From positions 3,609,183 to 3,673,182 of the forward strand of contig NW_002060948.1 of the NCBI RefSeq assembly GCF_000150275.1: a stretch of 64,000 nt of DNA. Reading direction: 5' to 3'. The position numbers were made by a program, and so were the translations under genes. The notes under the pieces were generated by a model. It was not told the DNA's origin, ran no database searches, and worked only from the letters and a program-made list of their open reading frames with translations. Below are positions 1 to 15,000 of this stretch, in pieces. The stretch's first letter is position 1, and every line of letters begins with the position of its first letter. Origin of the DNA: Trichoplax adhaerens (lineage: Eukaryota > Animalia > Placozoa).

Positions 1-879
1 ACTAAAAACTTTAAAACTAGAATTGAAATGTTGTGACTGATAATGACCAGTCTTGTACAGTGGTGAAAAATAAATACCGATACAACACTATGATAAGAGA
101 GGAATCTCATATTCATCTTTGTTAAACTTCGCTTACAATCTTTATCATAACTTGCCTAGTAGTGTACGTGTAGCTACCGCAAACGAAAGAAATAGTAATA
201 AGTTCAAGCTATATTCAATGTGTTACATATTGTGTATACAATTGTTTCGATTAGGTGAAAATTCAGTCTGAAAATGAAAACTTCTATATCTATCTTAAGA
301 TATTAAAATTACATCATTAATGAAGTTAACAATTACGCAGTCTTGGATAACTCTTTCTACCCTGATTTAATTATTATTAAGGTTAGATTAGAAATGTTAA
401 TTTCGATATGTATAATCGTGTAATAAAAAAATTTCGTTGTTCGCACACATTAGACTTTGTCGACTAATAGAGATATTATCTTTAAACGAAGGAAGATAGT
501 TATTGCTTCGTTATACCAGATTAAAGGACATTGAACAACATTTATAATAATATTAAAGGCTTATGCAATGATATATTGCAAGCATAAGCTGTAAGAGGGC
601 TAATCCAAATTAGCAATAATCTATTTGTCTAAAAACTATATTTAAAAATATAAGAGTATAACATGTTCTTCAAACACCGCAGGTATCAAAAAACATTCTG
701 TACTCGTACAGCTTTATTTTTATCCGTAATAACATCTAGAGCATCTATTATTTTCTTGGCCTTTTAATTGCGAGATCACATCTCATAGACTTAAAAACTA
801 GGACAAGACTTTCCGATTTCCAACCGTTTCATGAATTAATTCTTAACTACCACTCGTATTAATTATAAAAAGTTTAATA

Positions 880-1700
880 AAGTAAGAATCACCGACCATG
901 AAAAATATATCAATTTCGATTATTATATTAATTTCTTCAATATAGTAATTAGAGATTACCCATAAGTTAAATGTATTTTAGCTAATATTCAACAGATACT
1001 ATTAAATCATCGCCGTATATCATAATCGTATTTGTCATACAATGTTCAATACGTAAAACATCAGCAAATCCATGAAAAATATTTCAATTTCGATTGTTAG
1101 CATGTAAAAATTGCAGATTACCAGTTAAATTTAAGTATTATGACTAGTATTTAATAAGATACAGCTGTATTAAAATTATTACTGTATATCATAATCGTAT
1201 TTGTCACAAAAAGCTCAGTAGTAGGAATCAATGATTATGAAAAATATTTTGATTTCGATTATTCGATTATTCTTAATGAGTAGTAATTACAGGTTACCCA
1301 TTCAGTTAAACATTATGGCGAGTATTCAACAAGATACTATTAAAAATTGAAATCGTTGCCGACATCATAATCGCATTTATCGCAAAAAAAGCTGAATAAT
1401 TAAGAATTAACGAACATGAAAAATATTTCAATTTCGATCGTTAATGTGTGGTAATAAGAGATGACTGGTTAAATTAAAATATTATGGCTAGTTATCAATA
1501 AGATCTATTAAAATTAAAATCGTTGCCAATATCATAATCGTATTTATCGCAAAAAAGCTGAATAATTATAAATCAATGACCGTGAAAAATATTTCAACCT
1601 CGATTGTTAAATGTGTAGTAATTAGAAATGGCTCGTTAAGTTAAGACATTATAGTTAGTAATCAATAAGATACTAGTACAATCATTACAGTATATCATAA
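880..1700. repeat. Degenerate tandem repeat, ~170-bp unit, ~5 copies
   Basis: Anchor motif (a/g)tgaaaaatatttcaatttcgat recurs, with variants, at ~898, 1072, 1237, 1416 and 1582 (spacings 165-179 bp). Most copies are followed by 'aagatactattaaa...atcataatcgtattt'. Confidence 0.85.
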
Positions 1701-4700
1701 CTATCTTTATGGTTATTTCTTTCAGGTTATACTTACTGTACTATTTGAAATTTAATGAACAAATTACCGTTTATTTATAGAATCTACTATCTTACAGCAG
1801 CTACTTTGTTAATACCGATTAATTAATAATAGTAGGATTCACGCCAGCACAACGTTGAAATTTTATAGCAGACTTTTTCCCTATCTAAAAAATGGTAATA
1901 GTTTTAAGCTAGTGCCCATTAATCACTTCATTACAATAACATGAAACTGGATAATGCAATCACAATACTACGATTTAGGATAAAATTCCATACAAAGATT
2001 TCTTGCTTAGTAATGAAACCATAACTATTCGAATAGCATTCTTCCATATGGATAGTTAACTCTGGAAAACTTTTAGACAGAATTATTTAAGGTAACACTG
2101 ACTTGCAATTTAAATTCAATACTAAATAATAAACTAAAATAAAGTTTTAGATTTCTGGGAGGTTATCTAGACAGGCAATCTACTGCTATCAGCTATGTCT
2201 ATATTCATCACATACCTATGATACAATAGATTTAATTATGAACAAAAATTTGCTATAATAACAAGAAATAAGCTACGGTACATCAAACAAATATTAAGAA
2301 TATGATAGTTGCTAACGATATCTCAGACTAGTGCCAAAGCACCGAGCCTAATAAGACCAAAGCTAGTAAATAATAAGCATAGATAAAGAGACTGGTAGAA
2401 TAGGCAATTTTATATCGTAAAGACTCTCAAATATCGGTCATTTATTAAATGATGTTCACGTTATCAATAGATAATACTATATATCCAATACTATAGCACT
2501 TGATCAATTTATAAGGATAAAATGGATCGATTAGATTCAGAAAAGATCTTCATGCTAAAGACTACTATGCCAATTGATGTAATATTTATAATACTTATGG
2601 ATCAGATAGTAGAGATAATTAATAAAGAAGATATCCTACTAAGACATGTATTCTATGATGAGTTAGTCAATTTGACGATAAAGATTAAAACTAAACAAAT
2701 TTGCGCAATTTCGAATGATTGAATAGTGAAGATAGCCAAAGAAAATGATCCGATTCAGACAGTCTCCTAAGAAGCGAGACGGAACCTTAGACGAACAGTT
2801 CTCTTCCTCTGGCAAACTACTAAGCTGGATGATATTGTACAGTATTCAATGATACGTTCATAACTACATTACAGCAGCTGCTCTTCAAAATATCTGCTAC
2901 ACATCAAAATTTCAATTGAATACACTTAGTTCGTCTTAAAATTTTAACCATTTTGTATCCTACTGGTTATTGCTTCTATCCTTAATTGAATAAGTATAAT
3001 ATGAATAATGATACAGGTGTAATCGATTGCCTAGAATTTACCACCGGCTTGAAAAATAATAAAGCCAAGATACAGTTAATTCTGACGATAAAGCCAGGTG
3101 ATAAATAAAGCTGCAGACATTATATAAAATCAACTTTCATTTTTATTTTGATAATTGTCTGATTACAAATAATTAAATGAAGATACGCATAATAGTAATT
3201 TTAAGTAATTATATTCGATCAAATAAGGTTACCAGATACGTCAAGTAGTTCCGTTATATTTTTTTATTTAAAACGAAATAGATTTAAACTATTCTTCAGG
3301 TAATAATAAAACCGTTGAAGAAAAGACTAATGTAGTATAACTTAAGGAACTGAATTCGATAAGAATTATCGAGTACAGTAGTAAAAAAATTAACTTATTC
3401 TAGTCTATATTGCATGATTAACCTTAGTAATTCGATTGTAAGATCTACGTAATAATCAATCCAAAAAATTACAGCTCATTTCCAGCCTCTACTAATCACC
3501 CCCATCGTATCAGAATGATTAGATGCTAAAAATAAAAGCTTACTCACCTATTTTTTAACCGCACTATCAATACAATTTTCAAGACATAAGCCTGTTAGAA
3601 ATTTTACTTTTAATTAAAGATAGAGTAGTAAAAGGCATTGATAATAATAACATGTGTCGCATTATCTTATATCGTTAAAAGTCAATTTCAATGCATTTAT
3701 TATTTATAATGTACCATTAATGAACCCACATATTCATTGATGTGTTATCAATAAGATATATTTACAAATATCTCTGCAATACACTCATATACTGAATGTT
3801 TTGGTCTGCAATAGCTATCGATATATATATGATATAACATAAGTAATATATATACAATCTCAAATATACCGGTACGAGATTGTATATATGTGTACACAAT
3901 CTTATACCGGTATATTTATTGAGATCGTGCAACGCAAACGAAATTTCCTTTCTGATAGCCAATACGTTGATCATGAAAACGAAAATAGAATTTGAAAAAA
4001 AAGTTTAGTTTTAGATAGATGATTACAACTTATCTGAATATGCCATTAGACTAGAGTATCATTCGATGGTAAAAATTATTCAATGTATGCATACGAAAGA
4101 GTCTTAAGTAAACATGAATTAATGTTGGAGTAAAACCTGCTCTAAAATTAGCATCCATTCTTAGCTAAAATCAGACCTTGTACCATTCTTTGTCACCATT
4201 AATAAATTATCTGGTAATTTCGGTCCATTCTAATTTTTCTTAACCTTTCTAAAGCTAACATGATCGAAGAAATAACAATAAGACTGGTATATTAAAAATA
4301 TTTGACTTCCACTATTACGAGTAATACAAAAGATTGTTAATACCCGTATTTAATGTGCATATTCGTATTACTCATATTTGTATTAAATCACTCTTTCCAT
4401 ATATTGTATATATATAAATCGAATTCTGACCGTAACAATTAATTCCATATTGAATCATATTTTCTTAGATTGCCTTTAGACGAGCATCGATTATGCTTAA
4501 TACTAGGAAATTAATTTAACATTACATCCAGATAAAATAACTAAATAAATGATCATCTCTTTGAATTGCTGTTTAGTTGATAAATTAGTCATTCCATCAG
4601 ATATAGAATAGCATCCGCCTATTGTAGAACGACTAGCTATTAAAGGTCCCTTATAATCGTACCATTCTAAAGGATAACTAATCAACAAATTATAATTGAT

Positions 4701-5259
4701 CAATTTATCCGATCAGAATGGTACCATAGCATATGCTTAAATAGAATAAGCCCCTTTAATACTTTGGTAAATCACGATGATAAATTTAACCTAAGTTCCT
4801 GATATATCTTATAATCAAACGTTCACTAGCGATTATCCAGTCAATCAAAAACAAAGAGTGCTACCAGTACAACTTCTCATTTACGCCACAATAAACCAAT
4901 TTTTGCCGAGGTAGAAATCAGAAATTTAATTCAGGGATTACTTTAATGCTCATGACAACAATTTTTCATATAGCCTTCCCTAGACAAAAATCATGGATTC
5001 ATTACCAATTACAGTCAAAATTAAATTGGGTTCCAACTTATTAATGACACCGTAATAGACCAATCTTCATCTCAGCATAACATAAGCTACTAGCAGTTAA
5101 TTTTTTATAAAATTGGAAAATGAATCCTGCCTGGCTTTTGATAGCTGTTGTTAACAATTTTTTATTCAAATTTCTCATTGTAACTTATAATCAAATGCGA
5201 TCAATTTCAATCAATAGAACACAGGAGTTTAACTTGATAACAAATAAATCCCAGCTTCA

Positions 5260-6010
5260 GCAATGATAATCGCAATCATCCTATTTTTGGCTTTATTACG
5301 TAAAATACCTTCATTTTAGTCGCAAAGTTAAAGCATTTTCTATTCATTTTGTACACATAAAAAATTTCCTATTCTTTTAATAACCAAGATCATCATACTT
5401 ATTTGCCTTGTAGCATAAAAACTGTCATTATAAAACTTAATAATTTGATTCATGTAATGATGATGTCTTATCATTTTCTCTTCCACCTCGAATGTGATAA
5501 ACTATCTATTCAAACCTTCCATACTTAAAATCGACTAAATCCTGGTTCTAATAATAACAATGGCAATCATTCTATTTTTGTATTACCCAAATCATTGTCG
5601 TTTTTTCCGCATAATTAAGATTCTTTATTATTTCTTCTATTCACTTTGTATATACGAAAAATTCTATTTCTATTGACGACCACAAATACCATATTTATTG
5701 CCTTGTAACGTAAAACTATTATTACAGAATATCATGATTTTAGCCCATGTTATTATTTCCTCTTTTCACCTCGAACCTGACAATTGTCTATTTTAAACTT
5801 TTCACGCTTAATACCGATTAAATCCTAGTTATATATATACGAAAAAAATCTAAATTCTAGTAACGATCACGATGATCATATTTATTTACCTTGTAAGACA
5901 AAACCATTATTGCAAAATAAGGTTTTATCCATGTAATCGAGGTATTTCATTATTTCATCTTTTCACTTCGAATCTGATAAATTGCCCATTCAAGTCTCTC
6001 TATGATTAAT
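5260..6010. repeat. Degenerate tandem repeat, ~290-bp unit, ~2.5 copies
   Basis: The blocks 'atttgccttgta...aaactgtcatta' and 'tttctcttccacctcgaatgtgataa' each recur three times with variation, from ~5400, ~5700 and ~5885. 'gcaatcat(c/t)ctattttt' occurs at ~5272 and ~5563. Confidence 0.75.
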
Positions 6011-6895
6011 AAAAGAGAGATAATGATTGAGTTAAGATATGATTTCAATGGCTTATATCAACAGGATACGAGATATTAATATCATCCTCCTTAAACAATC
6101 GTTAAACTATTATTATGATAGACTAATTGAAATAGATAAATGGTGTTATGCTAAGGTATTTCATGTGCGTATTCATTCTACCAAAGACAATCCATTTATG
6201 GAGAAATTGAAAGGAAGAAGTCGAGAAGAAATAGAAGTATCGACATTTTTTTCATCATAATCACCTCAGGAAGTCAATATTATCGCAGACAGTGTCAGGG
6301 TATTGCTATCAACTAAGAAAATGAAAAGTTAGACCTAATTGGTTTAAAAATATCGATCTTATGCGAGTATAATATCTATCAAGAAATTATCAATCTAAAC
6401 TATGATATGTCTTTGAAATTACATTAATTAGCAAATCAAGGAGAAGAAAGCTACTACAATTTTGGCATGAGAATCAAATTGCTGATAGTATAAGGAGCAT
6501 ATCAGTGATGATAATAGATCGGAACTATAATTAAGATCAACGATCTAATACATAACAATTATTATAGTAAAGGACAGACTCAATCTCCTTGTTTATTGTT
6601 AATTTTATTGCTTCTAATATATTATTTTACTTCTACAATAGTATTCCTTGTATCGGTAAGAATCCATTGACCGTTCTGAGTTGATCACATGAATAAGTGT
6701 GATCATCCAGTATGTATTTAAGTTAAATCCTGGGATCATATTAATGTATGGCTCCATTAAGATAGAGAACAATTATCGGTACCTATTATTATCAGTTACA
6801 TCTCTATCTTGTTGAATTTAACTGAAAATTAGATGAAGACTAAGGTATCGTTGCCAAATCGATAGATTTCTTGTCATAGCTAGTAAAGATGATAA

Positions 6896-6918
6896 GATTG
6901 ATTGATTGATTGATTGAT
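6896..6918. repeat. (GATT)n microsatellite
   Basis: gattgattgattgattgattgat. Confidence 0.8.
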
Positions 6919-9073
6919 CCAATCGATAAATATGCTAAGTTGTGATCGGCACGAATTATTATTGTCACAACACTATATCAGCAGGAAGATATACTTGTAG
7001 GATAATCTAGGATGATCAATGCAAAAGAAAAAAGTATTCTTATCGTCCTTACATAAATGTTCAGAAATTTGCAGCAAGTGTGAACATGAAAGGAATGAGT
7101 TAATTGGTAATAAACCTTAAAAACGATCAAGAATGACAGCTAAAAAAGAAGCTTAAAATCAGTTTTGTTGGCTATTCAATCTGATCGTCAAGATGATTGT
7201 GTTAATCTTTTTGTCCAACGTGCTATTTAGTAAAACATAAGATGACATCTTCAATAACAACAACATCATCAATAACAACATCAAAATCAAAGAATAGCAC
7301 CTATTTAATGCAGCCTAGCTCAATCAATCAATGACGATCTTATTCTATCACCAAAGATGAGCGATCATGGCTTATTTTGGGTTGATTACAAATTTATTAC
7401 TCTATCTTCTCTAAGCAGTCATTGTCTCTTTATCGAATGTTATCATGTAAATGATTTTACGATTTCATTAAAATGAGCCAATTATTAGGCTACAAGAACT
7501 ATGACTAAATTTCATTGCATTCTCCATGGTGGAATTTCTACATAACATAGCACTTGTTCTTGCACACAATGTCGACTAATTCCAAGCCTGATAGTCTGTG
7601 CTTGTTGTTAGCCTAAAGTAAATAAATATCAATAAAGTATAAATAAATAGCCCAAGATAGTAATTGTTATCTAATTTTGGAGATGTAAACCACAATTCTT
7701 CCCTTTTTTACTCCTGTATTGATTGCGATGACGACAATAGTAGGGGTGGTATTCTTTGAAACATGATCACAATATCAACATCAAAGCCTATCTTGTGATG
7801 TAAGCAATTCGATCATGACAATCCGAACAATTGCTTTATTTCACCACTCTTACGTCAAGTTGAGATTCCAAGTTTACTTCCTTTGTCACCATGATCAACT
7901 TGATGCATCCAAATAATGGTTTTATTCCATTATTTCAATACAGTTATTAACCATCTAATTCAGTCAATAAAGCAAATGTAGACTCCAATTCAATAGACGA
8001 TCTAATCTATTCTGGGCGATATGATTGAATAATACATCGATTGATAAATTAATTTTTTATGTCTGTTACTTCAGTAGTCACGATTTCACCATGCGTATAG
8101 AAATTAAAATATAAAAATTAAATTCAAACCCAAAGAATAGATAGATTTAGCCCCACCCGAGTTTATTATTCATTTTACTATTCTTTAGTTAAAACATTCA
8201 ATATTAACATTGTTTACTCTGCCACTCAATGTACAAACACATCAGTATCGATGATTATGCCATTAATAACTGGCACTATACATCACCTTATTCACAATAT
8301 TTGTCTATGTTATTTGCATTTTTGCCTGTGTCTTGCTTACTCTCTATTTTATACACTCTGTCCTTCTCTTTCTTAAGTGTATTATATTTCCATACGCATT
8401 TTCTACTCCCTAAAATCTCAAGACATCAATCGATTTCAAGCATTGATCAGCGTACGCCGTCAAGAATTGCATTAGCACTTTAATGACGTGACAAAAAATT
8501 GTCTTTCCTCTCCAATTCTATTTCCTATATTCCGGTAAATTTTGATCCCTCGTCAAATTAGTTTTAGCATTTTTGATCTATTTCTGATTTTTCCTATTCT
8601 TCCCCTGATTTTGCCATCAATCGTAATTGTAATTATCTTTAAGAGCTAATTAAAATTTAATCTCCTACTGTCCATAGCTTTCAATTACATCTAACATTTT
8701 ATTTACAAGGTATTTTTTTATCCTTCTTTTGCCATATTTACTAACAATAAATCATTCTTTCTCCATTTTCACTCTCTTATTACATTTTAAGATTGCTGTC
8801 TATTGTAAACGATCACTTATCCATCTTTTGGAAAAGAAGCTAGAGAAATTTAATCGATTTTTGTTGCTTCCTTCACGTCAATATTTTGTATCTGGTCTAT
8901 TTCCCTTCATTACAAATTCACCACAAGGAAGTGGATAATCAATTGCTATATTTATTGTCATTGATTCTATCATCAATTCCCTTAACCACAACAAAGCTTA
9001 GCTACTGTTTGGTCATTCTATTAATTACCTTGGTACTTCTGTCGATAAACTCAGATTCGCAAGTAAAGTCATC

Positions 9074-12000
9074 ATGGCTAAATTAATATTGGGCATTTTT
9101 GTACTTGTAGGTAAGTCGAAAGGCATTCTTGTTATCTTCTTCATTAACTATTTCAAGCACATCGATAGGTGTTAACTTCATGATAACTATGGGCGTCTTT
9201 AAATGTATGAAGAAATAATCTAAACCCATCATCATTTTTTTTTATAATATCTATTTTACTAATTTTCTTATTACTAATTCAATGTCGATCATCGTTCGAC
9301 GAAAATCAATCTCATCATCTTGAAAGTATCATCATGTTGCGATTAAATTGAGTCCGTTTGTAGCAGGATAATATACTATATTTATTCATGAATTGAATCT
9401 GGTGATTAGTAAGCTGTTGTTAGGCACGGATCCATTTTAAGTTTGTTTTCCTAATTTCCTATGTACTCTCCATATCCATAAGAAACGATTATCAAGAAAA
9501 AAGAAATTAGTTCTCAATGATTAATTGTTAGCCTCGCCTTACGGTCACCATTCTGTCAGTACTGTAAATTATTTCAATGTTATATTAGCAACACATGGCT
9601 ATTCTATCCTTCATGCTAGCTGACAAACCAGAGTGCCATGTTGATTAACAAAAACAACTTACACTTTACGCTTATTCTTACTCTATCACTATTTCGCATT
9701 GATAATCCATTTCATTTTCGTCATCTCGATCGATACGGATCGAGTAATCATGGCATATCGATTTTAAGTACTATTTCATTTAATAAGGGCTGATTTACCC
9801 TGCAGATTTAATTTTGGGGAGATTTTACGGAGAATACAGCAATAGCAAAAATTTTTCGCCATTCATAAACAGGAATACTGTCGAGATCTCCTTTCATGGT
9901 AGGACTAGATGGAATTTACTCCTAATTATGGGCATATACTACCTAAATCCCTTTGATTTCAATAGCTATAACCTACTACGTCCATTTGAGGTATATTCTA
10001 CCTTTACCCTCCTTTTTCGATTTAAATCGATAGACTATCTAAAACTCTATCTATAGATTGCTTTCATTACTTAACTTACTAGGTACAGAATAGTATCATG
10101 GTAAATGTCTTCTACTAGATTCAAATTAACTCAAACATGATTTAAGAGAATTAATCAATTATCTATAATTTTTTGCTTTCCTAAAAGAGAACTTTTCTTT
10201 GCTTTTAAATTATTCTAATTCGTTCCTTAAACTGTACGAAATTGAGCACCAGTAGTTAACTTAAGCACGTGTTTTGATAAAATGATAACGTAATGGGATG
10301 TTGCAATTTTAATTATTGCAATGGAATCGAGTTATAAATTCCAGGAATTTTCTTTGTAATTGTTTTGACATCTTGTTGTGTGCGTAGTACACCTTTCCAA
10401 ATAGAACGATGAATCACTGAAAGGTCTATTTTAAACTTGAATGCTGGCGATTGCTGGTTAGCTAAGAATGTAACATAAGATAGAGTAAATTTCAAGTTGT
10501 AGTTAGCTTAAAATAAATGACGATAATTGAACATACCTTTAGAGATAGAATGGAAATGTATTATTCTAACCCTACTCGTAAGTTCAAATTACTGGTAACT
10601 TTTCGAATTCCTGTCACCCGATTGCAATGAAAAGAAAATGACGATGATATAAGCCCTTAAAGACCAACACTTTTTGATAACCAATCAATCAATACATCTG
10701 CCTAGAAATTAGGCAATTCATGTTAACTTAACTTTTACTTAATTAGTAGAAAATTTACTCTCTATGGGAATCTTATGATTTCTTGGTTGAATAGGTTACA
10801 ATATATTAATCAAATTTTATCATTTTTTAAATTCGCTTTCTGTCAATTCCCTGAATTTATAATTCTTAGCTAAGTATGATCTGTTTATTAAATCCCGATC
10901 ATCAATCTTTCAAATATCATAAGCTTAAGATCAGCTTTCAATAATAACTCCATCACAGAAGAACAATTTCGTTTTTGCAATTAATCAATACTTTATGTAG
11001 TAACGTCAAATTAAGCAATTTTTATTTCATTTTCTCATCACCATCAATCTGAAACTCTTAACTACCGTACCTATGTAATAAGGCATTTTTCTCATTCATC
11101 TATTCATCATAAAGTATTGCCATAGTAAAGATAGTCTCTTTTAACAATTTTAATTATTTACAAAAATAACATGCCAATAGAAGCACCAGTCGTTAACGTT
11201 TATCTATCTTTTATACTTCCCTATTCTTACTACCTGGCTGGTGAGAATAAGAATTTTTCTTTTATTTATGATATGAGATATTTCACACGAGAGACGAAAC
11301 AAAAAGTAAACTAGATCCTTATTCATTTATCTACTCTGAATGGCAATATCAATGAAATATGGACGATGTATTTATCGCACATTCTTAACTGAAGTCTAAT
11401 TTATTGCCCTTAGCCCTTCCTCTGCCTATTTCTTTTTATGCCAACTCAATAAATGAGTATTTACTTGTTTTTTGCTTTATGACATTTATTGCCGGATACC
11501 CGAAATACTCGTACAGCTTGTTTAGGAAATAATTTCATCTTTGTTTACCTGGTCCAATCTGTAAAACATTACGATAATTTATCTTTTATAATTTTGGATT
11601 GACTGCAATCCAGTAACAATGTGGAATTCTTCTACTTTTTGCAGTTATTTAAATTATCACAATCAATAATGGAATAAGAAAAGATTTTCTTTCTTATCTT
11701 AGTTCCCTTTCCTAAATGAATCCACAAATACAAAGATCATTTTACGTCTTACTTTCACTGCTTCATACTAGCCTATTCCAATCAAGTATTAGTATTTAAT
11801 TCTTTCATAAATTTGTCATATTAACTATCCAAATAGTCGGAACAAAGATTGACAAGGAAAAGATGTTTTCTACGATTTCACTCACCCTTCAAATTAACTA
11901 TACAACATTGCGACTATCGCTTTTTATTTTATTATTGAATTCCTGATTATTTCAAAAAGAAACCTTAGTTTCTTTAATATTTAATACTTGTCAGCCAAGT

Positions 12001-15000
12001 GTTAAATAGAAGCTACCTAGAAAAATAGTCTTGTCCTCTTTTTGTGGCATAGTTATCTTTCGTCTCTGTTCAGTGTCGTAATTTTATGCCGGCTTTTGAT
12101 ATTAAAAAAATTTCTGTCCTTTACTATAGTGTCTAACTAGGAATATCTCGATTTTTCTTATTTTACTATGAATATATAAAATTAGCTGGCATTTTCCATA
12201 AACTAGTTGACTAACTTGATAACTCTGTATGCTATGGGTATTTTCTATTAATCAAAAACCGAAAAAGTTGCAAGTTGCATATCACAACTTCTTGTCTTTA
12301 TAATTATAAAGGATGAAGCAATTTAAATAATAAGATTATTTATCTTCTTTATTATCAACTAATCATTCAGAATATCCTAAACATTAATTTTTATACTCGT
12401 TACAACAAACTTTAAGACATTAAGGATTCAATTTCGGAAAAATTAACAATTCGTCTATACTCTAGCAATTATAACATAATTCCTACTTTACATGGTCAAT
12501 ATTTTCAAATTATGCAAATTGACCTAGATATTAACTAGTGGAATCTACCATTCTGTAATCATGATTCTAATAATCCATGCGCTATCGCAAATTTTAGAAT
12601 AAATCGATCTCCTATTGCTCAATTTTTCACCTTTCTTAATTAAAAATGATACTCGAAATCATCTTATCTCACTCGGTACAAAATAATTTAAGTCAAAGTA
12701 GAAATAAATTCCTACTGCTTATAATGATTGAAGAATATGAATTCTAAATTTCTTTCTTTTATTTACCTGATAAATTTATTTTAAGCGACCTACTATAAAG
12801 CTAATATTTAAAATGTGATCGATCTGATCTAAAATGCTATACTAAATTATACTTATTTAGGTCTTGTATATCTATCTTGCGGCCAACAATATGAATTTAC
12901 AGGAAATTCAGTCATGCGTTTAGCTATTTTAAATAGACCATGGATTTCAGCTTACGGAAACTTCTTTAGTGCAGCTAAAAAGAATTTAAGCAGAGATATT
13001 GGAGAGAGCGTAAGTTAAAATACAGTAGATTAATAATACCTATAACAAGGCAAGGATAGGGTGTCTAGAGACAATAAAAATCTCGGTTAATATCCACGCT
13101 AAGATATCATTAATTTCTCATAATTATTTTTTATCCGTTAAGATTACCAATACTGTACTGCTATTAGTAAAACAATCAGAGACATTCAGTACTTATTACT
13201 ATATCGCTTACTGAAAATTAGCAAGGATTAATTTATGGCTCATATAAAACTTAAATGAATCAATTCGTTTTTAGTTGACAACATTATTTCTTGGAGTTCC
13301 TGGAAATCATAAGGTTTCTACATGGGCGATCCGGTAAGTTGAGTCAATTTACTGTATTCTTGCTATACAATTTATTCTCGAATGAAATGACCTCTATCTA
13401 GCTGATAATGCATTCAAAAAGAAAAATCTAAGCAATTTTAATCATTAAGTAATCGTCATTTACCGATCTTTAGAGATAGACAGAATATAAAATATCACGG
13501 CATTATTGCCTTGCATATACATATAGCGCTACACTTTGTTTCTAATGAAACCGTAATCCAATAGGATATTGCCTACTACCAGTAGTGGATTATTTTCTCT
13601 CTGGTTAATTTTTACTATCAGTGCCGCATGAATAAATATGATAGGATAGAGACAAAGAATCATTCAATCCAACCAACATATAATAAAATTTACCAATAGT
13701 ATTTACGGCATAAACAAGAGAATATATACACAGATAAAGTGGTCATTACAAGTGATTACTACTAAACCTTGAAAGAAATAGAATTATAGATCAAATATCA
13801 TAACGATAGTATCAGTTCGATCATTTTTTTATTGAATTATCCTATTATAGAACTATAGAATATTGCTATTTGGTTCAAACACCGACTGGAATGAATGAAA
13901 CTTGCAGGTTAGAATCGAAATAAGCAAAAAAATATACAGATGTGTAACTTGAAATGTGTTGATTAGAATGTTACTATTAATTTAGAGGCACTCAATGATG
14001 TAGCTTATAATGAATTTTATCTTACTTCAAAACTAAAATTGATATTTTTAAATTACATTAGTTCAAAATTAAGCGCAAGAGATGTATGGATCGATAGTTC
14101 TATTAAAATAAAATGTTAATTAAATCTGTATGAGTGAAATAAATTCTATTCTATTGCTAGATTACTTCCACGGCAAATTGCTGTTTTATCCTATAAAGGC
14201 AATACCAGTGAAGGATTTTCTAAACAGAAATTAGTGAATACATGGAATCGAGCCATAGAATATGGTAAAATAGGGCCATTCGAAGTCTATCGTAATGGAT
14301 CTGAATTTGAGCTTAAAGTGGACGTAAGTAGCAATTTTATGGAAAAAAATTCTTGAAATTTGTCATTCGATAGGTACCGTATTTGAAAGAGTATGGTAAA
14401 CAATATAAAGTTTTATTTTTTCGTAGCGATGATACTCGTAAATTGAATAATTAAACCATTTGAAACTTGCGTTTATTCGAATAGTAGTAAACCATCTATC
14501 TCTAATGTCAATGTCAGGTCGATTAAATAATTATAGTCCATAAATTTCTTCGCAATATGCTTTAGAAACCGATTGGTTTTACCAGCCCATCACCAACTAA
14601 CGCTTCCGGAAATATTACTCTTCCTACGGTCAGACCATTTCAAAGTGCCATGAGAATTACATCTCAAGTTCTTGGAGGAATATCATTGGCCGGTTGTATT
14701 CTAACATTTATAACCTATATTATTTTTAGGTAGGTCTCATTTTACCTTTATTGGATGCTAAAAAATTTTTTATCTGGAGGCATTTCGTCCTTTTGTTAGA
14801 GAAGCCCAGCCTAGTATGAAAATACAGTACTTTACCAATCACCCTAAACTAAACATGACAAGCCTGTTTAAAGTATCTAATATTTTTGCAATATTCTTAA
14901 AGCCTTTGAGAGTTAAATATATGTAATAGTCTATTAGCACTTACTGCACATAATCTTATTTACTACTAGCTACGTTTAATTTATGTTAAACTTTGACTTT

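Noticed and set aside
2522-8938. Short ORFs (2522, 3762, 4503, 6039, 8229, 8729 and others)
   Set aside because: Low-complexity translations typical of AT-rich non-coding DNA, with no motifs or consistent splice structure.
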